From assembly GCA_043814765.1 (NCBI GenBank), contig JBDRJQ010000029.1, positions 115,600-179,599 on the forward strand: a stretch of DNA of 64,000 nt. The letters run 5' to 3'. Each line of letters starts with the position of its first letter. Position 1 is the first letter of the stretch. The notes under the pieces are model-generated. The model ran no database searches. It was not told the DNA's origin and worked only from the letters and a program-made list of their open reading frames with translations. The DNA comes from Nanobdellota archaeon (GTDB lineage Archaea; Aenigmatarchaeota; Aenigmatarchaeia; QMZP01). Made by a program: the position numbers and the translations under genes. Below are positions 9,751 through 20,104 of this stretch, one piece after another.

Positions 9751-12228
9751 TCACCAGTTACCATCAGGCGGGAACTTGGTTATGAAAGCATCCCAGCCGC
9801 CGTGAGATGAGCGTTCATCGACAGTTAGACCAGGATCGAAGTCAGATATGCCTGAAAATGCACCAACTATAAACACGTCCCCCAAGTTGTTAGATGATAT
9901 TCCATAGCCAAAATCCCAATTCGTGCCGCCCCATGTTCGCGCCCATATGAAAGTGCCTGAAGAATCGAACTTTGAGAGGAAAGAATCATATCCTCCAGTG
10001 GATGTATATTCACTGATTTCTGTGGTTGGGTCGAAGTCAGACGTACCTAAAAAGGCACCGGTGACGTAAATGCTATAATTGTTTATGGCAACTCTTCGCG
10101 GTTGATCGTCATCAGGACCGCCCCATGTTCGCGCCCATATGAAAGTGCCTGAAGAATCGAACTTTGAGAGGAAAGAATCATATCCTCCAGTGGATGTATG
10201 CTCATCGCTACCTGAGCTTGTATCGAAGTCTGCAGTTCCTTTAAATTGTCCTGTCACATAGATGCCTGATTTTTCTGAAGCGACCCCCCAACCACAATCT
10301 TCATCCAAGCCGCCCCATGTTCGCGCCCATTGGAAATTGCCATCTGAGTTGATGACTGTCAGATAGGCATCGGTGTCATTTGCTATGTGATCACTAGTGC
10401 CTGTGCCTGGATCAAAGTCAAGAGTACCCCGGAACTTACCTGTCATATATAAATTATTCTCATAAAAATCCATTGAAAATATGAAGTCAGCAGATTCATT
10501 TCCCCAAGTGCAAACCCATTGGAATTCACCTGATGAATTGAACTTGCTGAGAAACACGTCCTGAAATCCGTTAGCGGTTCGCTTGGTTTCTCCTGGACCT
10601 GGATCAAAGTCCACTGTTTTATTGAAATTGCCGCTAACATAGATCTCATCATAGTTTCCGATACTTACGCTTTCGCCGTAATCATCAAGTATTCCAAATC
10701 CCCCACTTCCCCAGGTTCTTGCCCAGAGGAAGTTACTGTTTTGGTCGAACTTGCTCAGGAAGACATCACGATCGCCATTTGAGGTGTGAAAATCCTCGCC
10801 ATTTGTTGGATCAAAGTCAACTGTCCCTTCGAACCATCCTGTGACATAGATGTTTCCTGAACTTTTGTCAACTATTATGTCACCAACACCCTCATATTCT
10901 GTCCCGCCCCATGTTTGCGTCCATTGGAAGTTTCCATCCAAATTGAACTTGGAAAAGAAACAGTCTCTTGCACCATTTGAGGAGTGCTCCTCAATCTCAG
11001 GACTTGGATCAAAATCGACTGTTCCTGAAAACTGACCACCAAGGTAAACATTGTTTTCAGTGTCAGTTGTAATCCTCCGACCATAATCATCACTGGTTCC
11101 GCCCCAAGTCCTTGCCCAACCGTTCTTGTGTCCAACTTCGATTGTGTGAACCTGCCAAGCATCCACAGCGCCAAAATGTGGGTCAAGTTGGGTATCAGTC
11201 ACTCTGACAAGTAGCGGATATTCGCCGATGGGGACGCCCATCTCATTGACAACTACGCCCTTGTAGATGGCACCGCTGTCAATCGATATTTCGCCGGAGA
11301 ATTCAATTTCAACCTCTCCATTAAACAGCTGGGGGGACTCAATTGTAACCTTGCCTATGCTCGAAAAACCCTGGTGGTCGCGCACCTCAATTTCTATGTA
11401 CGCTTCTGCACCAGCGCTGGTCTCCAGCCCGGCACCGACCTGCACCTGAATCTCATAAGATTCGCTGCAGTTCGCTTTTAGTGGGAAGTCAGTGACGGGA
11501 TTTGTCACCGGCTCTTTTGTGGGCGGAGCCCATGAAGCGTCCACAACATAGCCGAAGTGAATTGGTCCAGCCGGCTTGCGGATGTGCACGGTTCGCGTCT
11601 CGGTACTGCCAACCTGGAACATCCTGCGCTGGTTGTCCTTCCCATAACTTACAAAGGGATTCAGTGTCGCAGACAGGTCATTGGTTCCGCAATACTTGCC
11701 CGAGATATATCCAAGGCACGGTGGAGCTGTTGACGGAAATTGCGTCGGGTTGAACAGTCTTGTGTACCCATCCGCGTTGATGAGTCGTGGAAAATAATCT
11801 CCCCAAGCGATTCTGCAATCGCTCACAGGGAATTCATAATCTTCGTCTGTAATGAATATCCCGCGGACATCAAATCCAGTGTATTTGGTGAGACCAGGAA
11901 ACGGATGCATAATCTGAAGATCAAACACCCAATTATTCGGGTCGATGACCTGGAAGTTCTTGACCTTCAGGCAATTTCCACAGGGGTTGTTCTCAAGCCA
12001 TTGCAATGCATTGAAATGCATCTCTGCACTTCTGACAGGGACGATTTCTGCCTGGCCATCTTCTGAGATTTCTACATCCCAGTAGCCCCAGATGTATTTG
12101 TTGCTATCAACACAAATTGGAGCTGAAAGCTCCTTGCTCTGAGGGCTTGCAGGGTTCTCTAAGCCGCCGGAGCATGAAGCGATGATTAATGCGACCATCG
12201 CTGTAAGAATGAGGTATGTGGTTCTCAT
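9751..12228 (-). CDS. Lipoprotein with C-terminal SBBP-type beta-propeller repeats (bacterial-like)
   Basis: Lipobox IIAS-C, repeats of WARTWGG...YVTGxFxGTVDFDP...DxFLSKF, SD AAGGAGG, and visibly higher GC than the flanks. Confidence 0.8.
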   Translation of the reverse strand: MRTTYLILTAMVALIIASCSGGLENPASPQSKELSAPICVDSNKYIWGYWDVEISEDGQAEIVPVRSAEMHFNALQWLENNPCGNCLKVKNFQVIDPNNWVFDLQIMHPFPGLTKYTGFDVRGIFITDEDYEFPVSDCRIAWGDYFPRLINADGYTRLFNPTQFPSTAPPCLGYISGKYCGTNDLSATLNPFVSYGKDNQRRMFQVGSTETRTVHIRKPAGPIHFGYVVDASWAPPTKEPVTNPVTDFPLKANCSESYEIQVQVGAGLETSAGAEAYIEIEVRDHQGFSSIGKVTIESPQLFNGEVEIEFSGEISIDSGAIYKGVVVNEMGVPIGEYPLLVRVTDTQLDPHFGAVDAWQVHTIEVGHKNGWARTWGGTSDDYGRRITTDTENNVYLGGQFSGTVDFDPSPEIEEHSSNGARDCFFSKFNLDGNFQWTQTWGGTEYEGVGDIIVDKSSGNIYVTGWFEGTVDFDPTNGEDFHTSNGDRDVFLSKFDQNSNFLWARTWGSGGFGILDDYGESVSIGNYDEIYVSGNFNKTVDFDPGPGETKRTANGFQDVFLSKFNSSGEFQWVCTWGNESADFIFSMDFYENNLYMTGKFRGTLDFDPGTGTSDHIANDTDAYLTVINSDGNFQWARTWGGLDEDCGWGVASEKSGIYVTGQFKGTADFDTSSGSDEHTSTGGYDSFLSKFDSSGTFIWARTWGGPDDDQPRRVAINNYSIYVTGAFLGTSDFDPTTEISEYTSTGGYDSFLSKFDSSGTFIWARTWGGTNWDFGYGISSNNLGDVFIVGAFSGISDFDPGLTVDERSSHGGWDAFITKFPPDGNW
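9926..10199. repeat. Exact 82-bp direct repeat (9926-10007 and 10118-10199)
   Basis: The two copies are identical, 192 bp (64 codons) apart, and encode TSTGGYDSFLSKFDSSGTFIWARTWGG. Confidence 0.93.
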
Positions 12229-12440
12229 TGAGAACCTCCTTAGAACCGGTTACAAGCCGGTTGTATTTTCTATAGAAACAACTATTCATTCTCCAATTGG
12301 CCCGAATTCTCTAGGTTAGCCATGCAAACTGTTAGTCTTGCGTGGAATGTTGAACGGATAGATTGTGTAAGCATAAAATATCTATTAAATAATTAACAAG
12401 AGGTTTAAATACTTTTGTTACTTATTGAGAACAAATAGAC

Positions 12441-13118
12441 TTACAGCTTGATAAAATACCAGAAGTCAGTATAAGTGTATTTTTTCATTTGCTTTTGTGT
12501 CGGATTCTCATTGCAAACAGCAGCGATCTGCCATAGGAATGTGCCTTGCATGAGGATTTTGTTGTAGATAAATGGAGTCATCTGGAAGCTCTGTTTGTCT
12601 CCCATGGGTATGTACATCATGCCAGGCACGATTGCAAACGCGCCTCCCACAAAGGCAATATAATTCTTTGCGCCGTCAACCTTTGTCCAGGTGAATTTTG
12701 TTGTGGGCCCGACCACAGCAAAATTCTCAGGTGTTAGAAGAGTAGGTTTGGTTTGCTTAGTTATCTTCCACTGACTACTGCATTCGACATTATCAGGATA
12801 ATTGCAGACATACCATTTGTATTCGCCATCAGGCTGTATTTCTAGGAAGCTTGAAGGTAGGAATAATGAAGTTTTTTCCTTTGGCAGGAATATGTTTGTC
12901 ATAAAAGGCTCTCCGTCGTGAAGCATGTTCAGATAAACACCCTTTTCTGTGCCAGTGCCTAGCAGCCACTGCAGGGTTATGCTGTCGCATATTTTATAAG
13001 AATAGTCATGTTTAGGCGAAATCAGTTGGGGAGCGTTAGCTTTGTAGGCATCTACAGGTATGACTACAAGTAAAAAAATTATTCCCATGATTATTGACCA
13101 CGCGAAGATATTTTTCAT
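12441..13118 (-). CDS. Secreted hypothetical protein with two Ig/FN3-like repeats
   Basis: Signal peptide from MKNIFAW, two units of P.L..P....W.....Y.W. A CTTAAATA box just upstream suggests a leaderless start. Confidence 0.65.
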   Translation of the reverse strand: MKNIFAWSIIMGIIFLLVVIPVDAYKANAPQLISPKHDYSYKICDSITLQWLLGTGTEKGVYLNMLHDGEPFMTNIFLPKEKTSLFLPSSFLEIQPDGEYKWYVCNYPDNVECSSQWKITKQTKPTLLTPENFAVVGPTTKFTWTKVDGAKNYIAFVGGAFAIVPGMMYIPMGDKQSFQMTPFIYNKILMQGTFLWQIAAVCNENPTQKQMKKYTYTDFWYFIKL

Positions 13119-13192
13119 ATGCATGCTCTTTCGGTATTTAAGCGCCAATATCTATTGAAAATTAGTGCAATGTTTTATAAGTTTTCATCCGC

Positions 13193-14152
13193 TTATCTGC
13201 GTTTCTTTTCCTTTTCTTCCTCTTCTCTTACGCGCTCTTCGACTTCATCCTTGATGCCCAGAGTTTCAACCATTTCCTTGTATCTGTTTCTGATTGTAAC
13301 TTCTGTTACGCCGATTGTGTCAGCGACTTCCCTTTGAGTCTTTTTCTCGCCTTCAAGAACTGCTGCTATGTAAAGAGCTGCGGCAGCAACGCCTATTGGT
13401 CCCTTGCCAGAAGTAACATCAGACTTTGCAGCCCTGTCCAAGACTTCTACAGATTTCACTTGAACCTTTTCTGAAAGATTAAGCAATGAACCGAAACGAG
13501 GGACATAATCCTGTGCTTTTGCAGGCAATATTCTTATGCTCAATTTTCTTGCTATGTACCTGTATGTCTTTCCGATATCTCTTTTATCAATGTTGGAAGC
13601 TTTTGATATCTCGTCCAGAGTTCTTGGAGCGCCCTCTTCACGGCATGTTGTGTAAAGAAGTGCTGCTATAATCGATTCTGTTGATCTGCCACGAACAAGC
13701 CCTTTGTTGACTGCCTGCTGGTATAATTTTGCGACTTTCTCGTGGACAGCTTTTGAAAGATGCAAAAATGAAATAAGTCTTTGTAATTCGGAAAACGCAA
13801 ATGATAAGTTTCTGTCCTTGGATTTAATTAGCCTCTTGTGCCATTTTGTTAAACGATAGTATTGGGCTCTCTTTTTTGAGGTTACTTTAAACAACTCGCC
13901 ACGACCCTTGCCGATTTCTGTGGTTATTCCCTGATCGTGTTTTGTGGGTGTCAAGACAGCGCCTGTTCTAACACGCCTTGATCTCTGATCATCATCAAAA
14001 GCGCGCCACTCCTGTGTCGTGTCTATCATAGATTCGCTTATGACTACCCCGCATACAGAACATGTCATCTCCCCTCTTGCATGGTCATAGGTTATATTCT
14101 TTGATCCGCATTCAGGGCATCTTTGAACTTCTTTCTGAGTTGCTTTTGTCAT
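13193..14152 (-). CDS. tfb: Transcription initiation factor IIB
   Basis: Zn ribbon CPECGS...CSVCG, EWRAF, cyclin repeats (RGRS, GKGP, TQREVA...VTEVTIRNRYKE). GGAGGA SD before ATG 14152. Confidence 0.97.
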   Translation of the reverse strand: MTKATQKEVQRCPECGSKNITYDHARGEMTCSVCGVVISESMIDTTQEWRAFDDDQRSRRVRTGAVLTPTKHDQGITTEIGKGRGELFKVTSKKRAQYYRLTKWHKRLIKSKDRNLSFAFSELQRLISFLHLSKAVHEKVAKLYQQAVNKGLVRGRSTESIIAALLYTTCREEGAPRTLDEISKASNIDKRDIGKTYRYIARKLSIRILPAKAQDYVPRFGSLLNLSEKVQVKSVEVLDRAAKSDVTSGKGPIGVAAAALYIAAVLEGEKKTQREVADTIGVTEVTIRNRYKEMVETLGIKDEVEERVREEEEKEKKRR

Positions 14153-14369
14153 TAAATCCTCCGATAAATTATTAAAATGTTTTACCATCCTATTGATTTT
14201 GTAAAAGGGGTAATAAGTAATGAGTAAGCCCATTTATAAAGTTAACGGTTGCTTTAAAAGCAACTATTTGCTTTTTTTGGAAACAGCAAGCTTTAAAAAT
14301 CACAGAAGAATATTATTTATTAAGCTATGCTATATAATTTAATATGTTTATTCAGCAAGGGTTTTCGTC

Positions 14370-17300
14370 ATGAATAGTTTATCTGGTACGGTAAGAGTTA
14401 GTGTTGCTGTAATAAGTATTTTTCTTTTTATTGCCCTCGGATTTTTGCTAATAAACATGGTGTCTGCGGATTACGGTGACGGCACCAATACAACATTCCA
14501 CTTTAATGCAACGTATTCTGCTAACGAAACCGGTTATAACATAACCAAGTACAACATCTCGGAAACCATGCAGGTGGTTATATACAACGACGATGATGCT
14601 GCCAACAGCGATCCGGCAACGATAAACACAATAAACGTTTCAGTGGAAAGCATAACTACCGGATGCAACATTAATTTGTATCTTTATGAAACTGGTGTCG
14701 ATACCGGTTACTTCGCAACGAACATAACTTTCAGTACGGCGTCAGGAAGCTGCAGCGCAGCTTCGAGAATACTTGAGGTTATTGAAGACGGAGAAGAGAA
14801 CGTTACCATAGTTTATCTTGATACCAACATGACGGGTTACAATTCAAGCAGTCTTGCTTTCAGAAACACTACGATAGTAAGCGATCAGTGGATAAAGGCA
14901 AATTATAGTGTAATGAATTTTTCAACAATAGCACCAGGAAGCAGTCTTGTAAAGAACATTGTTTTCAACAACAGCGATCCTGATACTGAAAGCGGCCTTA
15001 CAGAAGCATTTACTCTTTACAAGGAATATGAGAAAAAATATAGCGGGGTTAACGACACTAAATATCTTTATTTCATGCTAACAAATAGGACTGATTATAT
15101 TGTTTGGAATGTTACAAGCAACTCTACTGTACCAACTTTCTCTGTTAGATTGTATAACAGTAATGGTGTTCAAGTCAGTTATGGATTAAACAAAACGTAC
15201 GATATAACAATGACTGGAAATTCTTCAGAAGTATGGTATCTGAAAGTTATTAACAATAATACAGCAGCAACTTCTGGTGTAAACATCACTGTTGGCGTCT
15301 ATCTAAATACAACTGATTTCTTGAGCACTAATTTTGTTAGCGGTGCTACAAATTTCACCAATTCAAACACGACCATTAAGATGAATATGACTATACCTGC
15401 TTTGAGAGTGTATGGCGGGTTCCTAAACGGTACAATAAAATACTACAATGATAATTTCACTGTTAATGTTCCTATGATTGTTAAAATTTCTGCAGCAGAG
15501 ATGTGGACAGAAACAAACACTCTTTCACCGCTGTCAGTATGGCCTAACGGCACATATGTGTACAAAGTTAACAAATTTACTGATTCTAAAACTGATAACC
15601 TGAGAACAATAAAAATTTACATAAACAACACAGGCACTCTTGATTTGACAAATGTTTGGGTTAATGTGACAGGAAACTTCACCAACACCAGTAAATACAT
15701 AAACATAACATTAATCAACAGTGCACAGAGCAACGGAAACATTACTGAAATAGGCGATTATAACTATATTGCTCTCGGTACAGTACCATCGAATAACAAT
15801 TCTTACATCACTCTGACTTTCAACATATCAAATATAGCTAAGGGAGACTATGATACCATCTTATTGTTCAGTTCTGATAACGGACAGCCATTCACAGACT
15901 CTAACATGACACTAAGGCTTAACGTAACAGATGCCTTAACTGTGGTAGTCAATAACATAAACACATATAACTGGGACAATATATCGTCAACAAGTGATCC
16001 CGCTACAACAAGGTTCAGTGGCAATGTTACAGTAGAGATGACAGTAAAATACACAGACGGAACACCAGTAACAACTTTTGATAAAACTAATTTGACTATT
16101 TTTGATGATTACACAGGTGTTTATGTCTCAATGGCAAGCACTTCAATAGGCTCGTTTGTTCATTCCGGTAGTGGGATCTACAAGTTCAACATCACTGCAC
16201 CTGCAAGAACTGCTGGTCACGCACAGCATGGCAATCACAATCTAATACTGCAGTTAAAAGATGATTACGTGAACAATGGAAACGCAACTACAACTTATAA
16301 TATGACAGCACCCGACCCATACACTTCAATGTCTGTAAGTGATAGCAGCTTGAATCTTGCTGTTGTGGAAACAGCTGTTCTGACTGTTACATTTGGAAAC
16401 AGTGGCACTGAATCAGCATATAACATGACTGTTTCGGTAGCTAACAACGGTACTGGTGTGACTTTGGATAAAACAGTATGCAGGATGAGTGTAAACTTGA
16501 ATTCAACACTGAGCATAGGAGCCGGTGAAACCAATACTACTGTTTGTAAAATAACGCTCACTCCCACAGCAGTTGGCGATTATAACATATCAGTAAGCAC
16601 AGTTGGTGCAAGAGACGCATACGGCAATGATTATAATACCACGAACAGACCATTCCAGATTGTGCATGTAACACAGGCTTCTTCTAGTAGCGAAGAAGCG
16701 GAAGAAGGCGGTGAAGGCGGTGGAAGCAGTACACCTGCGCCTTCTCTTTTAATAACAGACTATCCTTCTTCCATGGAAATCCTTTTAGGAGAGAGTTATA
16801 CAACCACTGTTACAGTAAATAACACAGGCGAAGTAGCAGGCAAGGTTAAATTAAGCGTTGAATTGGCTGGCATAGAAACTGACATCACGCCAACAGAAAC
16901 AACAATATCTTCTGGCGACAGTAAAACATTCGAGGTTGAGATAACTGTACCGGATACCTTTGATATAGGCAATCATGCAACGAAATTTAAGGCATATGTA
17001 TCGCTTGATACGAGTATTTATGATACAGCAGACTTTACGCTCACAGTATTGCCAACAGAAGAGAAGAAACAGGAAATAAACCAGTCATATTATAATTATG
17101 AATATCAATTAAATGGTTTGATTGATGATTTTAATGACCTTGTTGCGCAAGGAAAATTATCACAAGAAAACATAACTCATATTGAAAACCTAATAAACCA
17201 GAGTGGAGGTTTGCTAGATAATATATTAGCCGCAATAATCACAGAAAACTATATAACAGCAAACGATTTAATGAATGATCTAAATGCAACACTCAATAAC

Positions 17301-17798
17301 ATAGCATCTGCTCTTGAGCAATTTGAAGAGGAGGAACAGACGTTTGCACCAATATGGATGTGGGTTATAATAGGATTGATAATGGCTGGCGGAGCAGGCT
17401 TCCTGATATACATGCTAATGCCTCCATCAAAAGGTTATGATATAAAATACGGATACAACTCACCGAAGAAAGAAACAATAATGTTCAGATTGAAGAACTT
17501 GAAGAACAAGTTAACTCGAATGCCTGGCAGAAAGATTGATGGCGGATTAATATCTAGTGCTAAGCATACAAAAATATTAAAGAAACTGGATGATAAAAAG
17601 GACAAATCCAAAGCAAAATATGTTTCTGGTTATGAAAAGGCTGCTCCAACTGATTATAGTTTCGAACCGCCATCCGGATTAAAAGCAAACTTAATAAGTA
17701 CATTGAACAAGATAAAAGGTAAAGGTGCTCAACAGGGTGGGTTGTATGAGTTCGTCAGTAAAAAACCAAAGGTAGACACCAAGAAAAAGAAGAATTAG
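14370..17798 (+). CDS. Large membrane-anchored surface glycoprotein (S-layer-like; CARDB/Ig-like domains)
   Basis: Signal peptide, very many N-x-S/T sequons, Gly/Glu linker, Ig-like TVTVNNTGE motif, C-terminal TM helix and a basic cytoplasmic tail. Confidence 0.8.
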   Translation: MNSLSGTVRVSVAVISIFLFIALGFLLINMVSADYGDGTNTTFHFNATYSANETGYNITKYNISETMQVVIYNDDDAANSDPATINTINVSVESITTGCNINLYLYETGVDTGYFATNITFSTASGSCSAASRILEVIEDGEENVTIVYLDTNMTGYNSSSLAFRNTTIVSDQWIKANYSVMNFSTIAPGSSLVKNIVFNNSDPDTESGLTEAFTLYKEYEKKYSGVNDTKYLYFMLTNRTDYIVWNVTSNSTVPTFSVRLYNSNGVQVSYGLNKTYDITMTGNSSEVWYLKVINNNTAATSGVNITVGVYLNTTDFLSTNFVSGATNFTNSNTTIKMNMTIPALRVYGGFLNGTIKYYNDNFTVNVPMIVKISAAEMWTETNTLSPLSVWPNGTYVYKVNKFTDSKTDNLRTIKIYINNTGTLDLTNVWVNVTGNFTNTSKYINITLINSAQSNGNITEIGDYNYIALGTVPSNNNSYITLTFNISNIAKGDYDTILLFSSDNGQPFTDSNMTLRLNVTDALTVVVNNINTYNWDNISSTSDPATTRFSGNVTVEMTVKYTDGTPVTTFDKTNLTIFDDYTGVYVSMASTSIGSFVHSGSGIYKFNITAPARTAGHAQHGNHNLILQLKDDYVNNGNATTTYNMTAPDPYTSMSVSDSSLNLAVVETAVLTVTFGNSGTESAYNMTVSVANNGTGVTLDKTVCRMSVNLNSTLSIGAGETNTTVCKITLTPTAVGDYNISVSTVGARDAYGNDYNTTNRPFQIVHVTQASSSSEEAEEGGEGGGSSTPAPSLLITDYPSSMEILLGESYTTTVTVNNTGEVAGKVKLSVELAGIETDITPTETTISSGDSKTFEVEITVPDTFDIGNHATKFKAYVSLDTSIYDTADFTLTVLPTEEKKQEINQSYYNYEYQLNGLIDDFNDLVAQGKLSQENITHIENLINQSGGLLDNILAAIITENYITANDLMNDLNATLNNIASALEQFEEEEQTFAPIWMWVIIGLIMAGGAGFLIYMLMPPSKGYDIKYGYNSPKKETIMFRLKNLKNKLTRMPGRKIDGGLISSAKHTKILKKLDDKKDKSKAKYVSGYEKAAPTDYSFEPPSGLKANLISTLNKIKGKGAQQGGLYEFVSKKPKVDTKKKKN

Positions 17799-17841
17799 AA
17801 AGTAATAAAAGCATTTAAAGTTTATTCTGTTTTCTATTTTA

Positions 17842-18270
17842 ATGCAAAGAAATGTTTATGAATTTTCTCAAAGCAGGGAATTAGAAGAGCTTGTGGATTC
17901 GATTCCAGCGGAATGGAACTATTTTGATATCTCCTTATATGTGAGGGAGAATATGCGAGCTGTGACAGACATGATGATAGGAGATATCTTTCCATCTAAG
18001 ATAAAAATTATAAACGGGTTATATAATCACTTACATTATGATTTTGATGAAATAACCAGCCTTGTAAAAAAGGCGCTTAGGTTTGGTTATCACGGAAGTG
18101 TTTCAATTGGTAAATATCATGATGCGCATGAAATTGCATGCTTCAATCTGGAACTTTCTTTTGAAAATCAGCTATGCGTATATTATGATGAAGAATGGGG
18201 AGGCACCTTCGAAGATATTAGGCCCATAATAAAAAGGGCAAAATCTCTTGGGCTGGAAACATGCGAATAA
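17842..18270 (+). CDS. Hypothetical protein
   Basis: 142-aa ORF with a TTTAAAG box about 25 nt upstream. No recognisable motif. Confidence 0.6.
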   Translation: MQRNVYEFSQSRELEELVDSIPAEWNYFDISLYVRENMRAVTDMMIGDIFPSKIKIINGLYNHLHYDFDEITSLVKKALRFGYHGSVSIGKYHDAHEIACFNLELSFENQLCVYYDEEWGGTFEDIRPIIKRAKSLGLETCE

Positions 18271-18290
18271 TAAAAAATTAGAAGATAAGA

Positions 18291-20102
18291 TTATCTTCTA
18301 ATTATACTTTCTATAATCCTTGCATATGCTGGACGGGTTATCAGAATGCCAACTAACACACCTACAATGGTTGTGATTGCGAAGCCCCTTACCAGTCCTA
18401 TACCAAAGATCATTAGTGGAACCATTGCTGCTATCGTTGTTGCCGCTGCACCAAAGATTATAAAGAAGGCTCTCTTGATTTTATCTTTCATATCATAAAT
18501 CATCTCATCTTCTTCATCCTTTTTACGGCTGGATAGAGTTTCGTCTGCTATGATTATCTGGTGATCTACTCCTGTACCTATTGCTGCTATGATACCTCCT
18601 ATTGCAGGAAGATCTATGGTCCAAGACATCATGCCTAATAGCGGAATAAGCAAAACACCAATCCATCCATATATGTCTATTGTTTGTTTCTTCCACCAGG
18701 CCATTAAGACTATTGATATGTTAACCAGCATAACTATGCTCCATATGTAAGCATCGTTTGCTGCAGCAATGCCAATTATAATAACAACTTCTGAAAATCC
18801 TATTAAAACCATAGGCAGGGATATTTTAATTCTCCTGTATCTGACAAATGTTATAACTACAACAACTATTCCTCCAAACAGTGCAGCTATCATTGCTGAT
18901 TGGAAGAAATCCTCTCCCAGTGTTGGTGATATTATATCCACAGATTCTGTTACAAGTGTGGTTGGAAGCGCTCCTGATCTTAGTATTGTTTGCATTCTTA
19001 GTTTTTCGTATGTGGCCTCATCCAATGTTTCCCTGCTTCCTTGTATCTGTGGAGTATTGTATATTCTGCCTGCCAAATCAGAGCCTATGTTAAGCTCTGA
19101 AACAAGCTGATTATCTAAATATAAAAATATCTGTGAATCTATGTACTCCTCTCCTGATTGAAGATCTATGTGTTTTGGAATTGCTGTTGTAACATCTGAA
19201 AATCTTTGAGCTCCGTTCTGAGATACTAAAATAACAAAGTAGAAACTGAATCCATTTTCAATCGGTCTTACTCCAGATCTCTGTGGATCCGAGTAAACTA
19301 GTTCTATATCTTTACTGGTATAAGTTGTTGCAAGTAATATTAACTGTTCTTTTGATGCATTAAGATACTGGAAGTCTATATCCTTGAGTTTAAATGTACC
19401 AAGCGGCTCAACAACCTCTTCTACACCGTCTATCTTTACAGAATTATCTGAAAGGACGGATACTGGATATTTTTCTTCACCTAGCTGTATGGTTCCTTTT
19501 TTATCAGTTAGCAATATTGGTTTAGAGACCCTTGCTTCAAAACTTCCTTGCCTGGATAAAAGATCATCTACAACATCCTTACTGACTCCGGCTGCCTCTA
19601 TCTGAAGAAAATAATTGCCCTCCAACCCTCTTATGCTGAAAAATCTCATCTCTTTTAAACCGTATATGTTAGCTCTTGTTTGCAGAGTAGCAATAACCTG
19701 GTCTATCATATCCTTTGTTGCATTTTCCTTTGGTTTGAGTATTATCCTTGTACCGCCTTTGATATCCAAACCAAACTCAAGATTGGTCTTATCTATATCG
19801 CTAACATCTATGCCAAGATTATCACTTATGTTAAACGTGTAAGACTTTCCATTGGCAGTAAGGTCAACTGAGTCTGGTATGTCTCCTATTACTTTTTGCC
19901 AATCAGCCAAATCCTTTATGTTCTGACCATTGATTTGCTTAATTACCATTCCCTGTTCAAGAATATCATGAGCTGGAGAGTCTGGTGATATATAATTTAT
20001 TTCCACGCCGTCTCTTCCATACGGGTAAGCTTTTAATCCTATTGCTAAAAGAGAGCCGAGAACGCACACTACAAGCACTATAATACGCCAGTATTTCAGC
20101 AT
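18291..20102 (-). CDS. secD: Protein translocase subunit SecD (with N-terminal PDZ-like segment)
   Basis: GLDIKGGT, LRSGALP, ISPTLG, IGTGVD, RGFAITTIVGV. Adjacent to secF. Confidence 0.93.
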   Translation of the reverse strand: MLKYWRIIVLVVCVLGSLLAIGLKAYPYGRDGVEINYISPDSPAHDILEQGMVIKQINGQNIKDLADWQKVIGDIPDSVDLTANGKSYTFNISDNLGIDVSDIDKTNLEFGLDIKGGTRIILKPKENATKDMIDQVIATLQTRANIYGLKEMRFFSIRGLEGNYFLQIEAAGVSKDVVDDLLSRQGSFEARVSKPILLTDKKGTIQLGEEKYPVSVLSDNSVKIDGVEEVVEPLGTFKLKDIDFQYLNASKEQLILLATTYTSKDIELVYSDPQRSGVRPIENGFSFYFVILVSQNGAQRFSDVTTAIPKHIDLQSGEEYIDSQIFLYLDNQLVSELNIGSDLAGRIYNTPQIQGSRETLDEATYEKLRMQTILRSGALPTTLVTESVDIISPTLGEDFFQSAMIAALFGGIVVVVITFVRYRRIKISLPMVLIGFSEVVIIIGIAAANDAYIWSIVMLVNISIVLMAWWKKQTIDIYGWIGVLLIPLLGMMSWTIDLPAIGGIIAAIGTGVDHQIIIADETLSSRKKDEEDEMIYDMKDKIKRAFFIIFGAAATTIAAMVPLMIFGIGLVRGFAITTIVGVLVGILITRPAYARIIESIIRR

Positions 20103-20104
20103 AA

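Noticed and set aside
8270..10199. Diversity-generating retroelement TR/VR pairs
   Set aside because: The repeats are in-frame protein repeats that are either identical or differ at non-adenine-specific positions, and there is no reverse transcriptase in the window.
9606..13190. IS element, provirus or integrative element explaining the foreign genes
   Set aside because: I recognised no transposase, integrase, terminal inverted repeats or att-like direct repeats here or around 39190-41900.
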